Shown in pieces: positions 1 through 9,766 of a stretch of DNA of 41,439 nucleotides; position 1 is the first letter of the stretch; each line of letters begins with the position of its first letter. The position numbers and the translations under genes are program-made. The notes below the pieces were generated by a model. That model was not told where the DNA came from. It ran no database searches and saw only the letters and a program-made list of their open reading frames with translations. The DNA lies in the NCBI GenBank assembly GCA_035290045.1, contig DATDVH010000037.1, positions 1-41,439 on the forward strand, written 5' to 3'. The stretch is from Patescibacteria group bacterium. GTDB taxonomy: Bacteria > Patescibacteriota > Microgenomatia > UBA1406 > HO2-37-13b.

Positions 1-1
1 C

Positions 2-724
2 CTGGCGTCTCCTGCATCACCCATACAATATTTTCGTTATCCTATAGAAACTCTGCGGGTGAATTCTGAAGGAACTTACCTATTATTAGAATTCTTTCGT
101 CAGATGCCTTCTGCTTGTTTTATCTATTCTTCAACATCAGAGATTTATGGCGATCCTTTAGTACATCCTCAGAAGGAAAATTATTGGGGTAATGTTAATT
201 CAGTTGGAGAACGCGCATGTTATGACGAGGCAAAACGATTTGGTGAAGCACTTTGTACGGCATATGGGAAAAAATACCATAGCGATATTCGTATCGCTCG
301 GATATTTAATACTTATGGCCCATATATGCAGGAGGAAGATGGAAGGGTGATATCTAATTTTATTACCAAGGCATTGCAAAACAAACCACTTATCGTGTAT
401 GGAGATGGTGCACAGACTCGTTCATTTTGTTATGTTTCTGACATGGTGAATGCATTAAGTTTGTTGGGCGAAAAAGCAGTAGGCGGTGAGATTATCAATC
501 TCGGCAATCCAGATGAAAAAAAGATTATTGACATTGCACAAATGATAAAGTTACATACTCACTCACAGTCGCCTATTCAATGTGTGGAAAAGAGGAAGGA
601 TGATCCGCAAAAAAGAAAGCCCGATATTACAAAGGCTCAAAAACTTTTAGGATGGAATCCTGTCGTCTCTTTGCAAGAAGGCATACAATCTACCATCAAT
701 TATTTTAAAAATATCCTTACTTAA
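2..724 (+). CDS. UDP-glucuronate decarboxylase-like extended-SDR sugar dehydratase/decarboxylase, 5' end cut by the window edge
   Basis: The frame is open from nt 2: LASPASPIQYFRYPIETLR precedes the GTG at 59 used by the ORF track. It carries the catalytic YDEAK (YxxxK) motif plus RIARIFNTYGP and GDGAQTRSFCYVSD, which are typical of the UXS/ArnA-C-terminal family. Confidence 0.85.
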   Translation: MASPASPIQYFRYPIETLRVNSEGTYLLLEFFRQMPSACFIYSSTSEIYGDPLVHPQKENYWGNVNSVGERACYDEAKRFGEALCTAYGKKYHSDIRIARIFNTYGPYMQEEDGRVISNFITKALQNKPLIVYGDGAQTRSFCYVSDMVNALSLLGEKAVGGEIINLGNPDEKKIIDIAQMIKLHTHSQSPIQCVEKRKDDPQKRKPDITKAQKLLGWNPVVSLQEGIQSTINYFKNILT

Positions 725-725
725 G

Positions 726-1844
726 ATGAAAAAAGCAGTGATTATCCTTCCTACCTATAATGAAAAGGAAAATTTAATAACGCTTATTCCCGCAATTTTT
801 GGGGTTGCTAAAAAAATCTCCCATTGGAAAATTTATCTTTTAATAGTTGACGATTCTTCTCCTGATCATACCGATCAATTAGTAAAAAAAATGCAGGATG
901 TATATCCTCATTTGTATTTGATACAAGGAGAAAAAAAAGGACTAGGGAATGCATATTTTCGTGGTTTTAAATATGTTATCAGTCATTTTGATTCTCACGT
1001 ACTGTTTGAGATGGATGCGGACTGGTCTCATGATCCAAAATATATTCCTCTTTTTTTAAAAAAAATTGATGAAGGTGATGATTTTGTTGTTGGAGCGCGT
1101 TATATCAAAGGAGGTTCTATCCCATCTGATTGGGGATTTCATCGCAAATTATTTTCCATTTTAGGCAATCTTATCATCAAATATGGATTTATGAATCGTA
1201 CCATCAATGACTGGACAACTGGCTATAGAGCGATTAAGACATCGTATATAAAAGAAGCAGTGAATTCAATGGAGATGTTTAACGGCTATGTATTTCAAGT
1301 GGCATTTCTTGATAAAGCATATAAACAAGGATTAGCCATATCAGAAATTCCTATTCATTTTAAGGATCGTACAAAAGGTACGTCAAAAATACATTCTATA
1401 GAATATATCGTCAATACGCTGTGGTATGTATGTACTCATTCTTCATTTATTCGGTTTGTCATCGTAGGAAGTACAAGTTTTTTTGTTGATTTTACGATAG
1501 CATTTTTACTTATCAATCAATTTAAGTTGCCGATATTGATAGGTAGTTCAATTATAAGTCCGCTTATAGCGCTTGTTTATAACTTTATTTTCAATAATTT
1601 TTGGAGCTTTTCCCACAAAAAAGTTTCACACTCGCTTTTTTCGTATATAAAACATTTTGCGCTTTTTATCGCAGTTTCTTTTGGTTCAGTTTTTATTCAA
1701 TATTATGCACTGAAGTTCGCATTACGATTATTGCCCCATAATAGATGGTATATCTATAAGGCACTGATCATCATTCTCCTTAATGTTCCGTATTCGTATT
1801 TTATGTATAACTATGTCATATGGAAGAAAAAGACTGCCCTATGA
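726..1844 (+). CDS. Polyprenol-phosphate mannosyltransferase-like GT2 (Dpm1/Ppm1 type) fused to a C-terminal GtrA-like multi-TM domain
   Basis: The N-terminal half has ILPTYNEKENL, VDDSSPDHT and EMDADWSHDP (a DxD-type motif). The C-terminal ~130 aa form four hydrophobic helices (FVIVGSTSFFVDFTIAFLL ... FIFNNFWSF) typical of GtrA. Confidence 0.8.
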   Translation: MKKAVIILPTYNEKENLITLIPAIFGVAKKISHWKIYLLIVDDSSPDHTDQLVKKMQDVYPHLYLIQGEKKGLGNAYFRGFKYVISHFDSHVLFEMDADWSHDPKYIPLFLKKIDEGDDFVVGARYIKGGSIPSDWGFHRKLFSILGNLIIKYGFMNRTINDWTTGYRAIKTSYIKEAVNSMEMFNGYVFQVAFLDKAYKQGLAISEIPIHFKDRTKGTSKIHSIEYIVNTLWYVCTHSSFIRFVIVGSTSFFVDFTIAFLLINQFKLPILIGSSIISPLIALVYNFIFNNFWSFSHKKVSHSLFSYIKHFALFIAVSFGSVFIQYYALKFALRLLPHNRWYIYKALIIILLNVPYSYFMYNYVIWKKKTAL

Positions 1845-2842
1845 AAATAATACTTATTTCTGATGATTTTAATTGTAATTTGTTTAACCAAAAAGCTCTT
1901 CATCCACTTCAATCATGGGAGTGGGGGGAGGCGAGGAAAAAAATGGGTATCGAGGTGTTCCGAATGGGGGAATTTGAAGGAAATGCTTTAGTCAATGTAT
2001 ATCAAACTACGTTTCACACAGTTCCTTATACTCATTGGAAAATAGGGTATTTGCCTCGTTCGGTTTTTCCATCAGATGCGACACTGCAATTTCTCACACA
2101 GTACAGTAAGAAAAATCATGTTATTTTTGTCAAAATAGAACCATATGAGAGGAAATTAAAGATAAAAACTAACAAATATCTGCATCTATCTCCTCATCCT
2201 CTTTTTCCTACGTGGAATCAAATACTTGATCTTACCCAATCTGAAGACGAGCTTCTAAAAAATATGCACCCTAAAACACGATATAATATCAATCTTGCAC
2301 AAAAGAAAGGGATTACCATAAAAGAGATGACGAATAAAGAAGGATTTGAGATATTCGTACGGCTTTATTTTGAGACGTGTAAAAGACAAAAATATTTAGG
2401 TCATAATAAGACGTATCACCAAATGATTTTTGAAACATTACACACTTCTATAGCTCATATTCTTATTGCTTTTTACAAAAACATACCTCTTGCTGCGTAC
2501 GAAGTATTTATCTTTAACGACGTATTATATTATCCTTATGGAGGATCATCGGAAGTTTATCGTAATCTTATGCCATCTAATCTTTTGATGTGGGAGGCAA
2601 TTAAATTTAGCAAACAGCGAGGAGCAAAACGATTTGATATGTGGGGTTCTCTACCTCATCAATACAATAGCAAAAATCCATGGTCTGGTTTTACCCGATT
2701 CAAAGAAGGATATGGAGGACAATTTGTAGAATATGTTGGAAGTTATGATCTGGTGAATAACAACTTTCTTTATCAGCTCTATAATAAGCTCTACATCTTG
2801 CGCAATAAACTTCTCGTTTTCAGTCGAATCTTACACTTTTAA
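1841..2842 (+). CDS. FemAB-family peptidoglycan interpeptide-bridge aminoacyltransferase (lipid II peptidyltransferase-like)
   Basis: Motifs YNINLAQKKG, YPYGGSS, LLMWEAIKFSKQRGAKRFDMWG and GFTRFKEGYGG are FemAB-like. I chose the ATG at 1841, which forms an ATGA overlap with the upstream stop, rather than the ATG at 1820 used by the ORF track. Confidence 0.7.
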   Translation: MKIILISDDFNCNLFNQKALHPLQSWEWGEARKKMGIEVFRMGEFEGNALVNVYQTTFHTVPYTHWKIGYLPRSVFPSDATLQFLTQYSKKNHVIFVKIEPYERKLKIKTNKYLHLSPHPLFPTWNQILDLTQSEDELLKNMHPKTRYNINLAQKKGITIKEMTNKEGFEIFVRLYFETCKRQKYLGHNKTYHQMIFETLHTSIAHILIAFYKNIPLAAYEVFIFNDVLYYPYGGSSEVYRNLMPSNLLMWEAIKFSKQRGAKRFDMWGSLPHQYNSKNPWSGFTRFKEGYGGQFVEYVGSYDLVNNNFLYQLYNKLYILRNKLLVFSRILHF

Positions 2843-2862
2843 CTTTTAATTTTTAACTCACC

Positions 2863-5799
2863 CTACTGCCAAGCTTCGCAGTTTATCTTAAACGGACAAT
2901 AATGGCACCATGGGCCTACTTTTGGTGAAAAAATACCTTTATTGATCTCATGAGCTGATTTTTCAATTGTTTTTTTTACTTCTACCAAATTAGCCTCAGT
3001 TTTTTGCAATGAAATTGTCTCATTTGTTTGAAGAAAATAAAAAGTAAGGACAATATCCTCTATTTTTCTTTTATAGAGACCTTGATCTGATGCTGCTAAT
3101 GCATAGAGAGTTAGCTGTATATTTTTTTGCAATTCCTTATCACTTGGTTTTTTCCCTGTCTTGTAATCAACAATCTCAAGCATACCATCAATCCGCATAT
3201 CAACACGATCAATTTTTCCGACAATTGATAGATCGGGTGCTATTTTTATCTTAAATCTCTTTTCAAGATCAATGATATGAGTATTATTTTGATAATACGT
3301 TTTATAGTATGTATCTAACATGATCCGACCTTTTTCTTTTGTGTGTTGTTCATGTTGTGTGGACTCATACCCAAGAGGAATCCACGAGGTGTCATATAGT
3401 TTTATTAAATCTTCAGAGGTAGGATGCTGTTTTTCCTTTACCATACTATACAATTTGTGAAGTGTTCTATGAACAGATTCCCCAAATGAGGAAGCTGAAT
3501 TTTTTGGTATAGGAATTTTTATACTATATTGATATTTATACCGTAATGGACATGTTTTGTACGTTTCAAGCTGAGAAAAAGAAAACTGAACTTGCTGAGG
3601 TATATGATGAGATGTAACTATATGTGATGATTTTTCATATTCAAACAAAGAAAGTTGTCTGTGCTCATCTTCTTTTTGTAGAGCTTTATTTTCAATTATT
3701 TCTTTTCCTACCGATTCATATACAAAGGGTGATATTTTTTTTTGGCGTTTAGATTCAGTATAATGGCGAGATGCAGTGAAGTATACTTTATCTTGAGCAC
3801 GAGTTATCCCAACATAGAATAACCTCCGCTCTTCTTCAATATGATAGTCGCCTTCGGGTAAAATCTCCTTAATAAGTGCATCTGGGATGGGAAATAATTC
3901 TCTACGGATTTTTGTGGGAAATCTTTCTGACACCATATTTACTAAAAAAACAACTGGAAATTCAAGTCCTTTTGAGGCGTGAACAGAGAGGATATTCACT
4001 GCATTTTGTTCAGTCCAGTCAGCTATTGTAGTCTTTGGTGATTCTTTGAATTCTATACTCAAGGTAATAAATTCTACAAAAGCAAAAATAGAAGCATCTT
4101 CGTGCGATCCTTCAAATGTTTTAATTTCATCAAAAAAACAAGCGATTGAAAGTGCTTTTTTTTCTTCTCGTTCATTTTTGACTATAGAAAGATTTTTCAA
4201 TATGCCAGTTGTATCTAAAAAATCATAGAGTATTTGTCCAACGCTCTGAAGATTGATGTGCGCAAGATGACGAGTGATCATCGTGTACATATTCAACAGT
4301 TTTTGCCGGGTAGATTCTTTTATAATAAATAAAAATTCTCTTAAGTGTTCATATTCTGGACGAGCGAGTTCCTTGTAAAAAAAAGAAAGGTGTATCATAA
4401 TACTTTCAAAAAAAGAACGATTGGTTTTCTGTGCAAATGCGACGAGTAACGCGAGATCAACGGAATCAATGCCAAAAATATCCATAGTGATAACACGGTA
4501 CAATGCCGTTGAATCAGTGATATTGGTAAGAAACGTAAGGTAGGCGATCAATTCTTTAATTTCTGGTTGTTTGAACAACATACCCTGTCCTAAAAATTGG
4601 TAGGGGATATTCAAATGATTGAATGTACGGGCAAAAATATCTGCATGACTATTTGCTCGAACTAAAAGGGCGATATCAGACCATTTATATGCCCCGTCGT
4701 GGAGTTTTAAAATTTCACGACCGACAAAATCAGCTTCTTTTTCTCCTCTGTTTGTCAGGTGAAAATTGATACTTTCTTTGTCTCCTTGTCCAGTTTTACT
4801 TTTGAGGTTTTTGGAGATATGAAGTTTGGCTTCAAGTGTATCTGGATCATTATGTTTGATCAGACGATACGCAGAGTCTAAAATAGTTTGATTTGACCGA
4901 AAATTATCCAATAATACTATCTTCTCTGCGTTTTTATATTCATTCATAAACTGAAGGATATTGGATATTGCAGCACCTCTGAATTTATAAATAGACTGTG
5001 AGTCGTCTCCCACGAGAGTTACATACGGGTTTTCATCAGGCGGGGCAAGCAGTTTGATCAATTCATATTGTGCGACGTTCGTATCCTGGAACTCATCAAC
5101 AAGAATGTATTTGAATTTTTCTTTATAACGGCTTAATATATTTTTTCTTTTACGGAATAATTGTAATGTATAAAAAATAAGATCTCCAAAATCCATAACA
5201 TTTTCCTCTCGCTTTAATTCTTGATATTTTTTATACGCATTCGCAAGTTCAAGATTTTTTTCATGTTCAGTTTCTTCTTCGCTTGACAGTTCTTGTTTCT
5301 TTTTTTTGTTTTGTGCCCACCTACTATATTCATCAGGAGAGATGTCTTCATCGCGAAGTCGTGAGAAATGTTGCAGTAATCCGTCAAGAAATTTATATGG
5401 GTTGCCGACTGGTCGGAAGTAATCCAAGGAAAATCGGAATAAATTCTTTTTGAAGAAAACGAGCGATTCAGCTTGGGTATAGAGCTTATAGATTGGCGAT
5501 ATACCTATATCTACTGATTCTTGACGAAGAATATCATCGCAAAATGAATGAAATGTCATAATCCACATTTGAAAATATCCATAAGGAAGAAGACGATCAA
5601 CGCGCTCTTCCATCTCATGAGATGCTTTTTCAGTAAAGGTCAGTGCCAAAATCTCATGAGGTAATGCCAGTTTTTTTTTGATTAAATAATTTATTTTCTC
5701 AACCAAAACAGTTGTTTTTCCTGTGCCGGCACCTGCGATAATAAGTAGTGGTCCTTCATGATATTTGATTGCCTTTTTTTGCGAAGATGTAAGTTGCAT
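2863..5799 (-). CDS. UvrD/PcrA-type superfamily-1 helicase fused to a C-terminal PD-(D/E)XK (Cas4/AddB-like) nuclease with a Cys4 Fe-S motif
   Basis: Walker A is AGAGTGKTTVL. Helicase motifs include VDEFQDTN, GDDSQSIYKFRGA, VHASKGLEFPVVF and YVGITRA. The C-terminal part has CPLRYKY ... GKIDRVD ... EIVDYKTGK ... CHYCPFKINC, i.e. a Cx(n)CxxCx5C pattern. Confidence 0.85.
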   Translation of the reverse strand: MQLTSSQKKAIKYHEGPLLIIAGAGTGKTTVLVEKINYLIKKKLALPHEILALTFTEKASHEMEERVDRLLPYGYFQMWIMTFHSFCDDILRQESVDIGISPIYKLYTQAESLVFFKKNLFRFSLDYFRPVGNPYKFLDGLLQHFSRLRDEDISPDEYSRWAQNKKKKQELSSEEETEHEKNLELANAYKKYQELKREENVMDFGDLIFYTLQLFRKRKNILSRYKEKFKYILVDEFQDTNVAQYELIKLLAPPDENPYVTLVGDDSQSIYKFRGAAISNILQFMNEYKNAEKIVLLDNFRSNQTILDSAYRLIKHNDPDTLEAKLHISKNLKSKTGQGDKESINFHLTNRGEKEADFVGREILKLHDGAYKWSDIALLVRANSHADIFARTFNHLNIPYQFLGQGMLFKQPEIKELIAYLTFLTNITDSTALYRVITMDIFGIDSVDLALLVAFAQKTNRSFFESIMIHLSFFYKELARPEYEHLREFLFIIKESTRQKLLNMYTMITRHLAHINLQSVGQILYDFLDTTGILKNLSIVKNEREEKKALSIACFFDEIKTFEGSHEDASIFAFVEFITLSIEFKESPKTTIADWTEQNAVNILSVHASKGLEFPVVFLVNMVSERFPTKIRRELFPIPDALIKEILPEGDYHIEEERRLFYVGITRAQDKVYFTASRHYTESKRQKKISPFVYESVGKEIIENKALQKEDEHRQLSLFEYEKSSHIVTSHHIPQQVQFSFSQLETYKTCPLRYKYQYSIKIPIPKNSASSFGESVHRTLHKLYSMVKEKQHPTSEDLIKLYDTSWIPLGYESTQHEQHTKEKGRIMLDTYYKTYYQNNTHIIDLEKRFKIKIAPDLSIVGKIDRVDMRIDGMLEIVDYKTGKKPSDKELQKNIQLTLYALAASDQGLYKRKIEDIVLTFYFLQTNETISLQKTEANLVEVKKTIEKSAHEINKGIFSPKVGPWCHYCPFKINCEAWQ

Positions 5800-5836
5800 A
5801 TTGACTACAGTATAACAAGCATCATAAAGAGCACTT

Positions 5837-6505
5837 TTAGATTGTCAGAAATAAAGTAAGGTTAAATAAAGCATGAATGAGAATGGGAAGTACTATACTT
5901 CGTCTGCCTATATATATCAATGAATTTGCAAAACTTAAAATCAGATTAGTAATCATAAATAGAATCAGTATATGTCCAGATAATTTGAGATTAGTAAAAA
6001 GTATGGGAATGTGGAGAATAAAAAAAAGAATGCTTGCGATGAAAGTAGAGCTTAAGGTATTTTTTGATTCCATATACAAAGTTCTTAAAACTAATCCACG
6101 AGATACTATTTCTTCAGATATCGCCGTAACAAGCATTATGGGAATAAAAGAAATAAATAGAGTCAGGTCTGCGGGTATAAAAAAAGGAAGAGTTCTTGTC
6201 TTGATGAAAGTTGAGATGAGCGAGACAATAAAAAAAAGTAGTCCTACGATAATTGCATAATATACATCTTTAAGGATTTTCCTCTTATCAAGCCAGATTG
6301 AAGAAAAGAAAGGTTTTTTTTCAACTTTGAGAATATACCATACAACAGGTCCTATAAAAAGAATTGGTTTTGCGATGAACTCATCAAACCAGTCAGGAAA
6401 AGCAAATTGTATCCTATAAAAACTCCACACAATCAATATTAACGCCCATACGTTCAAGGCTTTTTGAGTTGAGGAGATTTGTTTTTTCATTTTCAATAGA
6501 CTCAT
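5837..6505 (-). CDS. CPBP-family (CAAX-type) intramembrane glutamic protease
   Basis: Polytopic membrane protein carrying SEEIVSRG (the EExxxR motif), FFILH, and IHALFN near the C-terminus. Confidence 0.75.
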   Translation of the reverse strand: MSLLKMKKQISSTQKALNVWALILIVWSFYRIQFAFPDWFDEFIAKPILFIGPVVWYILKVEKKPFFSSIWLDKRKILKDVYYAIIVGLLFFIVSLISTFIKTRTLPFFIPADLTLFISFIPIMLVTAISEEIVSRGLVLRTLYMESKNTLSSTFIASILFFILHIPILFTNLKLSGHILILFMITNLILSFANSLIYIGRRSIVLPILIHALFNLTLFLTI

Positions 6506-6511
6506 TATATC

Positions 6512-7756
6512 TTATCCAAGAATTTTTTGGGCTTTTTTGAGTCCTTTAATCAGCTTTTCTACATCTTCTTCATCATTATATATATAAAAACTTGCCCGAA
6601 CGGTTGCGGTGATTCCGAGACGTGTATGAAGCGGCATGGCGCAATGATGTCCTGCGCGTATAGCGATATTTTCCTCGTCTGCAATCTGTGCAATATCATG
6701 AGGATGAAAATTCTTAAAAACAAAACTTACAATTCCTGATATATCAGATAATTGAGGGGAGACAAAAAATCGTATATTTTCCCCAAATTCTTCTTGCAAT
6801 CGGGTAAATGTATATGAGGTGAGCATTTTGGTATGAAAGGCTATATTCTCCATGCCAAGGTGAGACAGATATTCAATTGCTCGTTTGAATGCAATCACTC
6901 CGGCAATATGCGGCGTGCCGGCTTCAAACTTATCTGGAACATCTTTAAAAACCGTTTTTTCAATAGAAACTTCTCTGATCGTTCCTCCTCCATAATTGAA
7001 AGGACGCATACTATTGAGATGCTTTATTTTCCCCCATAATACCCCGACACCTGTTGGTCCAAGCATTTTATGTGCGGAAAAGACAAAAAAATCGCATCCT
7101 AATTCATATACATTTATTTTAATATGCGGTATTGCTTTTGTGCCATCAACGATCACGACAATTGATGGATTGATTTCTTTCGCGGCTTTGACGATCTCCT
7201 TTATGGGATTTATTACTCCCAATACATTAGATATATACGTAAGAGTAAGAATTTTTGTTTTTTTTGTGATTATATGATCTAAGGTCATTTTCCCTTTTTC
7301 ATTTTTAATTTTTAGTTCACCTTCATCATTTATATCAATTACCTTAAAAATTGCATTTTTTTCCGATGCTAAAATTTGCCATGGGACAAAGTTAGAATGA
7401 TGCTCTATCACCGTAGTAACGATCTCATCGTTTTTAGATACTAATTGATAGCCAAGCGAGTAAGCGATAAGATTTAATGATTCAGTTGCATTTCTTGTAA
7501 AGATGATTTCCGATTGGTCTTTTGCTCCGATAAATTCAGCAGTGATTTTTCTTGTTTCTTCATATTCTTGGGTTGCTTTTTCTGATAGAGCATAAATGCC
7601 ACGGTGAATATTAACTGAATAATGAGAGTAATATTCGGTGATTTTGTCAATAACGGATTGGGGCTTGAGTGAAGTTGCGGCTGAATCAAGATAGACAAGA
7701 TCAGGATGATGGGTAAAAATCGGAAAATCTTTTTTAACTGTTTTTATATTAAACAT
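6512..7756 (-). CDS. sufS: Cysteine desulfurase, SufS type (class V aminotransferase)
   Basis: Has SAHKMLGPTGVGVLWG (the PLP lysine), RAGHHCAMPLH (active-site Cys loop) and TRNATESLN. It sits at the end of the sufCBD string. Confidence 0.9.
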   Translation of the reverse strand: MFNIKTVKKDFPIFTHHPDLVYLDSAATSLKPQSVIDKITEYYSHYSVNIHRGIYALSEKATQEYEETRKITAEFIGAKDQSEIIFTRNATESLNLIAYSLGYQLVSKNDEIVTTVIEHHSNFVPWQILASEKNAIFKVIDINDEGELKIKNEKGKMTLDHIITKKTKILTLTYISNVLGVINPIKEIVKAAKEINPSIVVIVDGTKAIPHIKINVYELGCDFFVFSAHKMLGPTGVGVLWGKIKHLNSMRPFNYGGGTIREVSIEKTVFKDVPDKFEAGTPHIAGVIAFKRAIEYLSHLGMENIAFHTKMLTSYTFTRLQEEFGENIRFFVSPQLSDISGIVSFVFKNFHPHDIAQIADEENIAIRAGHHCAMPLHTRLGITATVRASFYIYNDEEDVEKLIKGLKKAQKILG

Positions 7757-8345
7757 ATTGTTTTGCTATTTGATTTTTGATATGAGATATCTTCTGACGA
7801 TATCCAAGTTCTTCTATTTTACCAAATAGATCATTGATAAAGCCTGTAATTAAAATATGTTCGGCTTTTTTTGGAGGAAGTCCGCGTGTCTCAAGATAAT
7901 ACAATTGTTCTTTATTTAATCGTCCCGTTGTTGATCCGTGTGTGCAGAAGACATCGTTTGCGAGTATTTCTAAAAATGGTCGAGAGTCAACAAAGCACTT
8001 TTCTCCCATAATCAGATTTTGATTTTTCTGATATGCATGAGTTTTTTGGGCATCCTTATCAGTACGAATAAGTCCTTCATAGATAAAGCGCGACTCATCA
8101 AAAAAAATTCCTTTAATGAAAAGATTTGAAAAGCTTTCTCCTGTAGAATGGCGTTGGACGGTCTCAAGCTGAAAGTTATCATTCTTTTTACCGATAAAAA
8201 GACCAAAGATATACACTTCAGTTTTTGGCGTTTTAATCTCAATTTCTATTGTGCCCGATTGATTGAAAAGGAAAAAAAGATGTTTGCCTTTTTTATTGAT
8301 GACATATTTTCCCAAATTTTTTTTTGTAAGGTCTATGAAAAACAT
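7749..8345 (-). CDS. sufD: Short SufD-like Fe-S assembly protein (198 aa, roughly the C-terminal beta-helix half of canonical SufD)
   Basis: Positioned between sufB and sufS. Contains CTHGSTTGRLNKEQLYYLETRGL and AEHILITGFI, which match the conserved SufB/SufD C-terminal core. It overlaps sufS by 8 nt. Confidence 0.7.
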   Translation of the reverse strand: MFFIDLTKKNLGKYVINKKGKHLFFLFNQSGTIEIEIKTPKTEVYIFGLFIGKKNDNFQLETVQRHSTGESFSNLFIKGIFFDESRFIYEGLIRTDKDAQKTHAYQKNQNLIMGEKCFVDSRPFLEILANDVFCTHGSTTGRLNKEQLYYLETRGLPPKKAEHILITGFINDLFGKIEELGYRQKISHIKNQIAKQYV

Positions 8346-8365
8346 AAAATAATTAATAAAAAAAA

Positions 8366-9763
8366 TTAACCCACGCTTCCTGACATTTCTAAATTGATTA
8401 AACGATTTAATTCTATTGAATACTCAAGCGGGATTTCTTTGGCAACTGGCTCTATGAATCCATTGACGAGCATTCCTTCTGCATTTGATTTGGATATACC
8501 TCGCGAGGTCAGATAAAATAATTTCTCTTCTCCAAGTTTTTCAACGGTTGCTTCATGTTGGACTTCTGCGGTGTTTTCTTTGATTTTCATATAAGGATAG
8601 GTATCTGATCGTGATGTTTCATCAAGAATAAGCGCGTCGCATGAGACGTATACCGAGGCATTTGTTGCGTTTGGTGCGACTTGTACAAGTCCGCGGTAGG
8701 ATGTCCGACCTCCATCTTTCGCAATAGATTTTGAGATGATACGCGATGAGGTATTTTTTCCAAAATGCATCATTTTTGCTCCTGCGTCTTGATGTTGACT
8801 TTCACCTGAGTAAGCAATAGAGAGCACTTCTCCTCTTGCTCTATCACCATACAGATACACACTGGGATATTTCATGGTAAGCTGGCTTCCGATATTGCAA
8901 TCAATCCATTCCATGATACCGTCATCACCGACATGGGCTCTTTTTGTCACCAGATTATAGACATTTTTGCTCCAATTTTGCACGGTGGTATACCGTACGT
9001 GAGCATTTTTCTTGACAAATATCTCAACCACTGCTGAATGAAGCGAATCAGTGGTATAAATAGGAGCAGTGCATCCTTCAATATAATTGACATAACTGCC
9101 TTCTTCTGCGATGATAAGCGTTCGTTCAAACTGACCAAAGTTTTGGGCGTTGATTCGAAAATAGGCTTGAAGGGGGAGAGTTACCTTTACTCCTGTAGGA
9201 ACATAGACAAATGATCCGCCCGACCAAACAGCCGAGTTCAACGCGGCAAATTTATTATCATGAGGAGGAATAAGTGTGCTAAAATATTCTTTTACTATGA
9301 GGGGATGTTTTTTAAGCGCGGTATCCATATCACAAAAAATCACTCCTTGTTTTTTAAGTGTACGGTGAACATTCTCATACACTACTTCAGAGTCGTACTG
9401 CGCCGATACTCCGCTTAAGAAATTTTTCTCAGCTTCAGGTACGCCGATGCGATCATACGTTTCCTTGATTTCTTTCGGCAAGTCTTCCCATGAAGTCATT
9501 TGTTGGTCAGTTGCTTTGGCAAAATAGATAATCTTATCAAAGTCAATTTTTGAAAGATCACCACCCCACGCAGGCAGTTTTTTATTCTTAAAAATTTGAT
9601 ATGATTTAAGTCTAAAATCTCTCATCCATTGAGGTTCATTTTTGACTGATGAAATTTCCTCAACTATTTTTTCAGATAATCCTTTTTTAGTCCGGTAAAC
9701 AGATTTTTCCGGCATTGAAAAACCAAATTTATAGTCAAAATCTATTATGGGTGTCTGTTTCAT
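8366..9763 (-). CDS. sufB: Fe-S cluster assembly scaffold SufB
   Basis: Full-length SufB-like sequence: WMRDFRLKSYQIF, HSAVVEIFV, SKSIAKDGGRTSYRGLV, HEATVEKLGEEKLFYLTSRGI. Confidence 0.95.
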   Translation of the reverse strand: MKQTPIIDFDYKFGFSMPEKSVYRTKKGLSEKIVEEISSVKNEPQWMRDFRLKSYQIFKNKKLPAWGGDLSKIDFDKIIYFAKATDQQMTSWEDLPKEIKETYDRIGVPEAEKNFLSGVSAQYDSEVVYENVHRTLKKQGVIFCDMDTALKKHPLIVKEYFSTLIPPHDNKFAALNSAVWSGGSFVYVPTGVKVTLPLQAYFRINAQNFGQFERTLIIAEEGSYVNYIEGCTAPIYTTDSLHSAVVEIFVKKNAHVRYTTVQNWSKNVYNLVTKRAHVGDDGIMEWIDCNIGSQLTMKYPSVYLYGDRARGEVLSIAYSGESQHQDAGAKMMHFGKNTSSRIISKSIAKDGGRTSYRGLVQVAPNATNASVYVSCDALILDETSRSDTYPYMKIKENTAEVQHEATVEKLGEEKLFYLTSRGISKSNAEGMLVNGFIEPVAKEIPLEYSIELNRLINLEMSGSVG

Positions 9764-9766
9764 AGC

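Noticed and set aside
2838-2860. T-rich heptamer-like runs (nACTTTT / AATTTTT units) occur at 2838-2860, 7301-7317, 17620-17650, 18170-18190 and 27690-27715. They resemble the GT2 repeat and might be a dispersed repeat family.
   Set aside because: They are only 2-3 degenerate units each, of very low complexity, in an AT-rich genome. They fall in different frames and contexts, often encoding K-I/L-K stretches. I cannot distinguish them from compositional bias without statistics.
4046-4228. Short ORFs in the track lie antisense to, or nested in, long homology-supported genes. Examples are 4046-4228, 5877-6260, 6527-7277, 8012-8369, 9900-10187, 13290-13577, 14446-14661, 17797-18045, 18660-18980, 19227-19673, 22289-22681, 24270-24714, 25300-25854, 26276-26703, 28367-29259, 31478-31741, 32937-33251, 34308-35400, 36509-37172, 37759-37998, 40282-40913 and 41084-41362.
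   Set aside because: Each lies entirely within, or largely overlaps, a longer ORF on the other strand or frame that carries clear family motifs. Their sequences are low-complexity and show no motifs. AT-rich DNA readily gives such shadow ORFs.
7749-8345. The short SufD might be a pseudogene or frameshift fragment.
   Set aside because: Only 20 nt separate it from the sufB stop, so there is no space for a lost N-terminal half. The ORF is intact and overlaps sufS in the way functional operon genes do.
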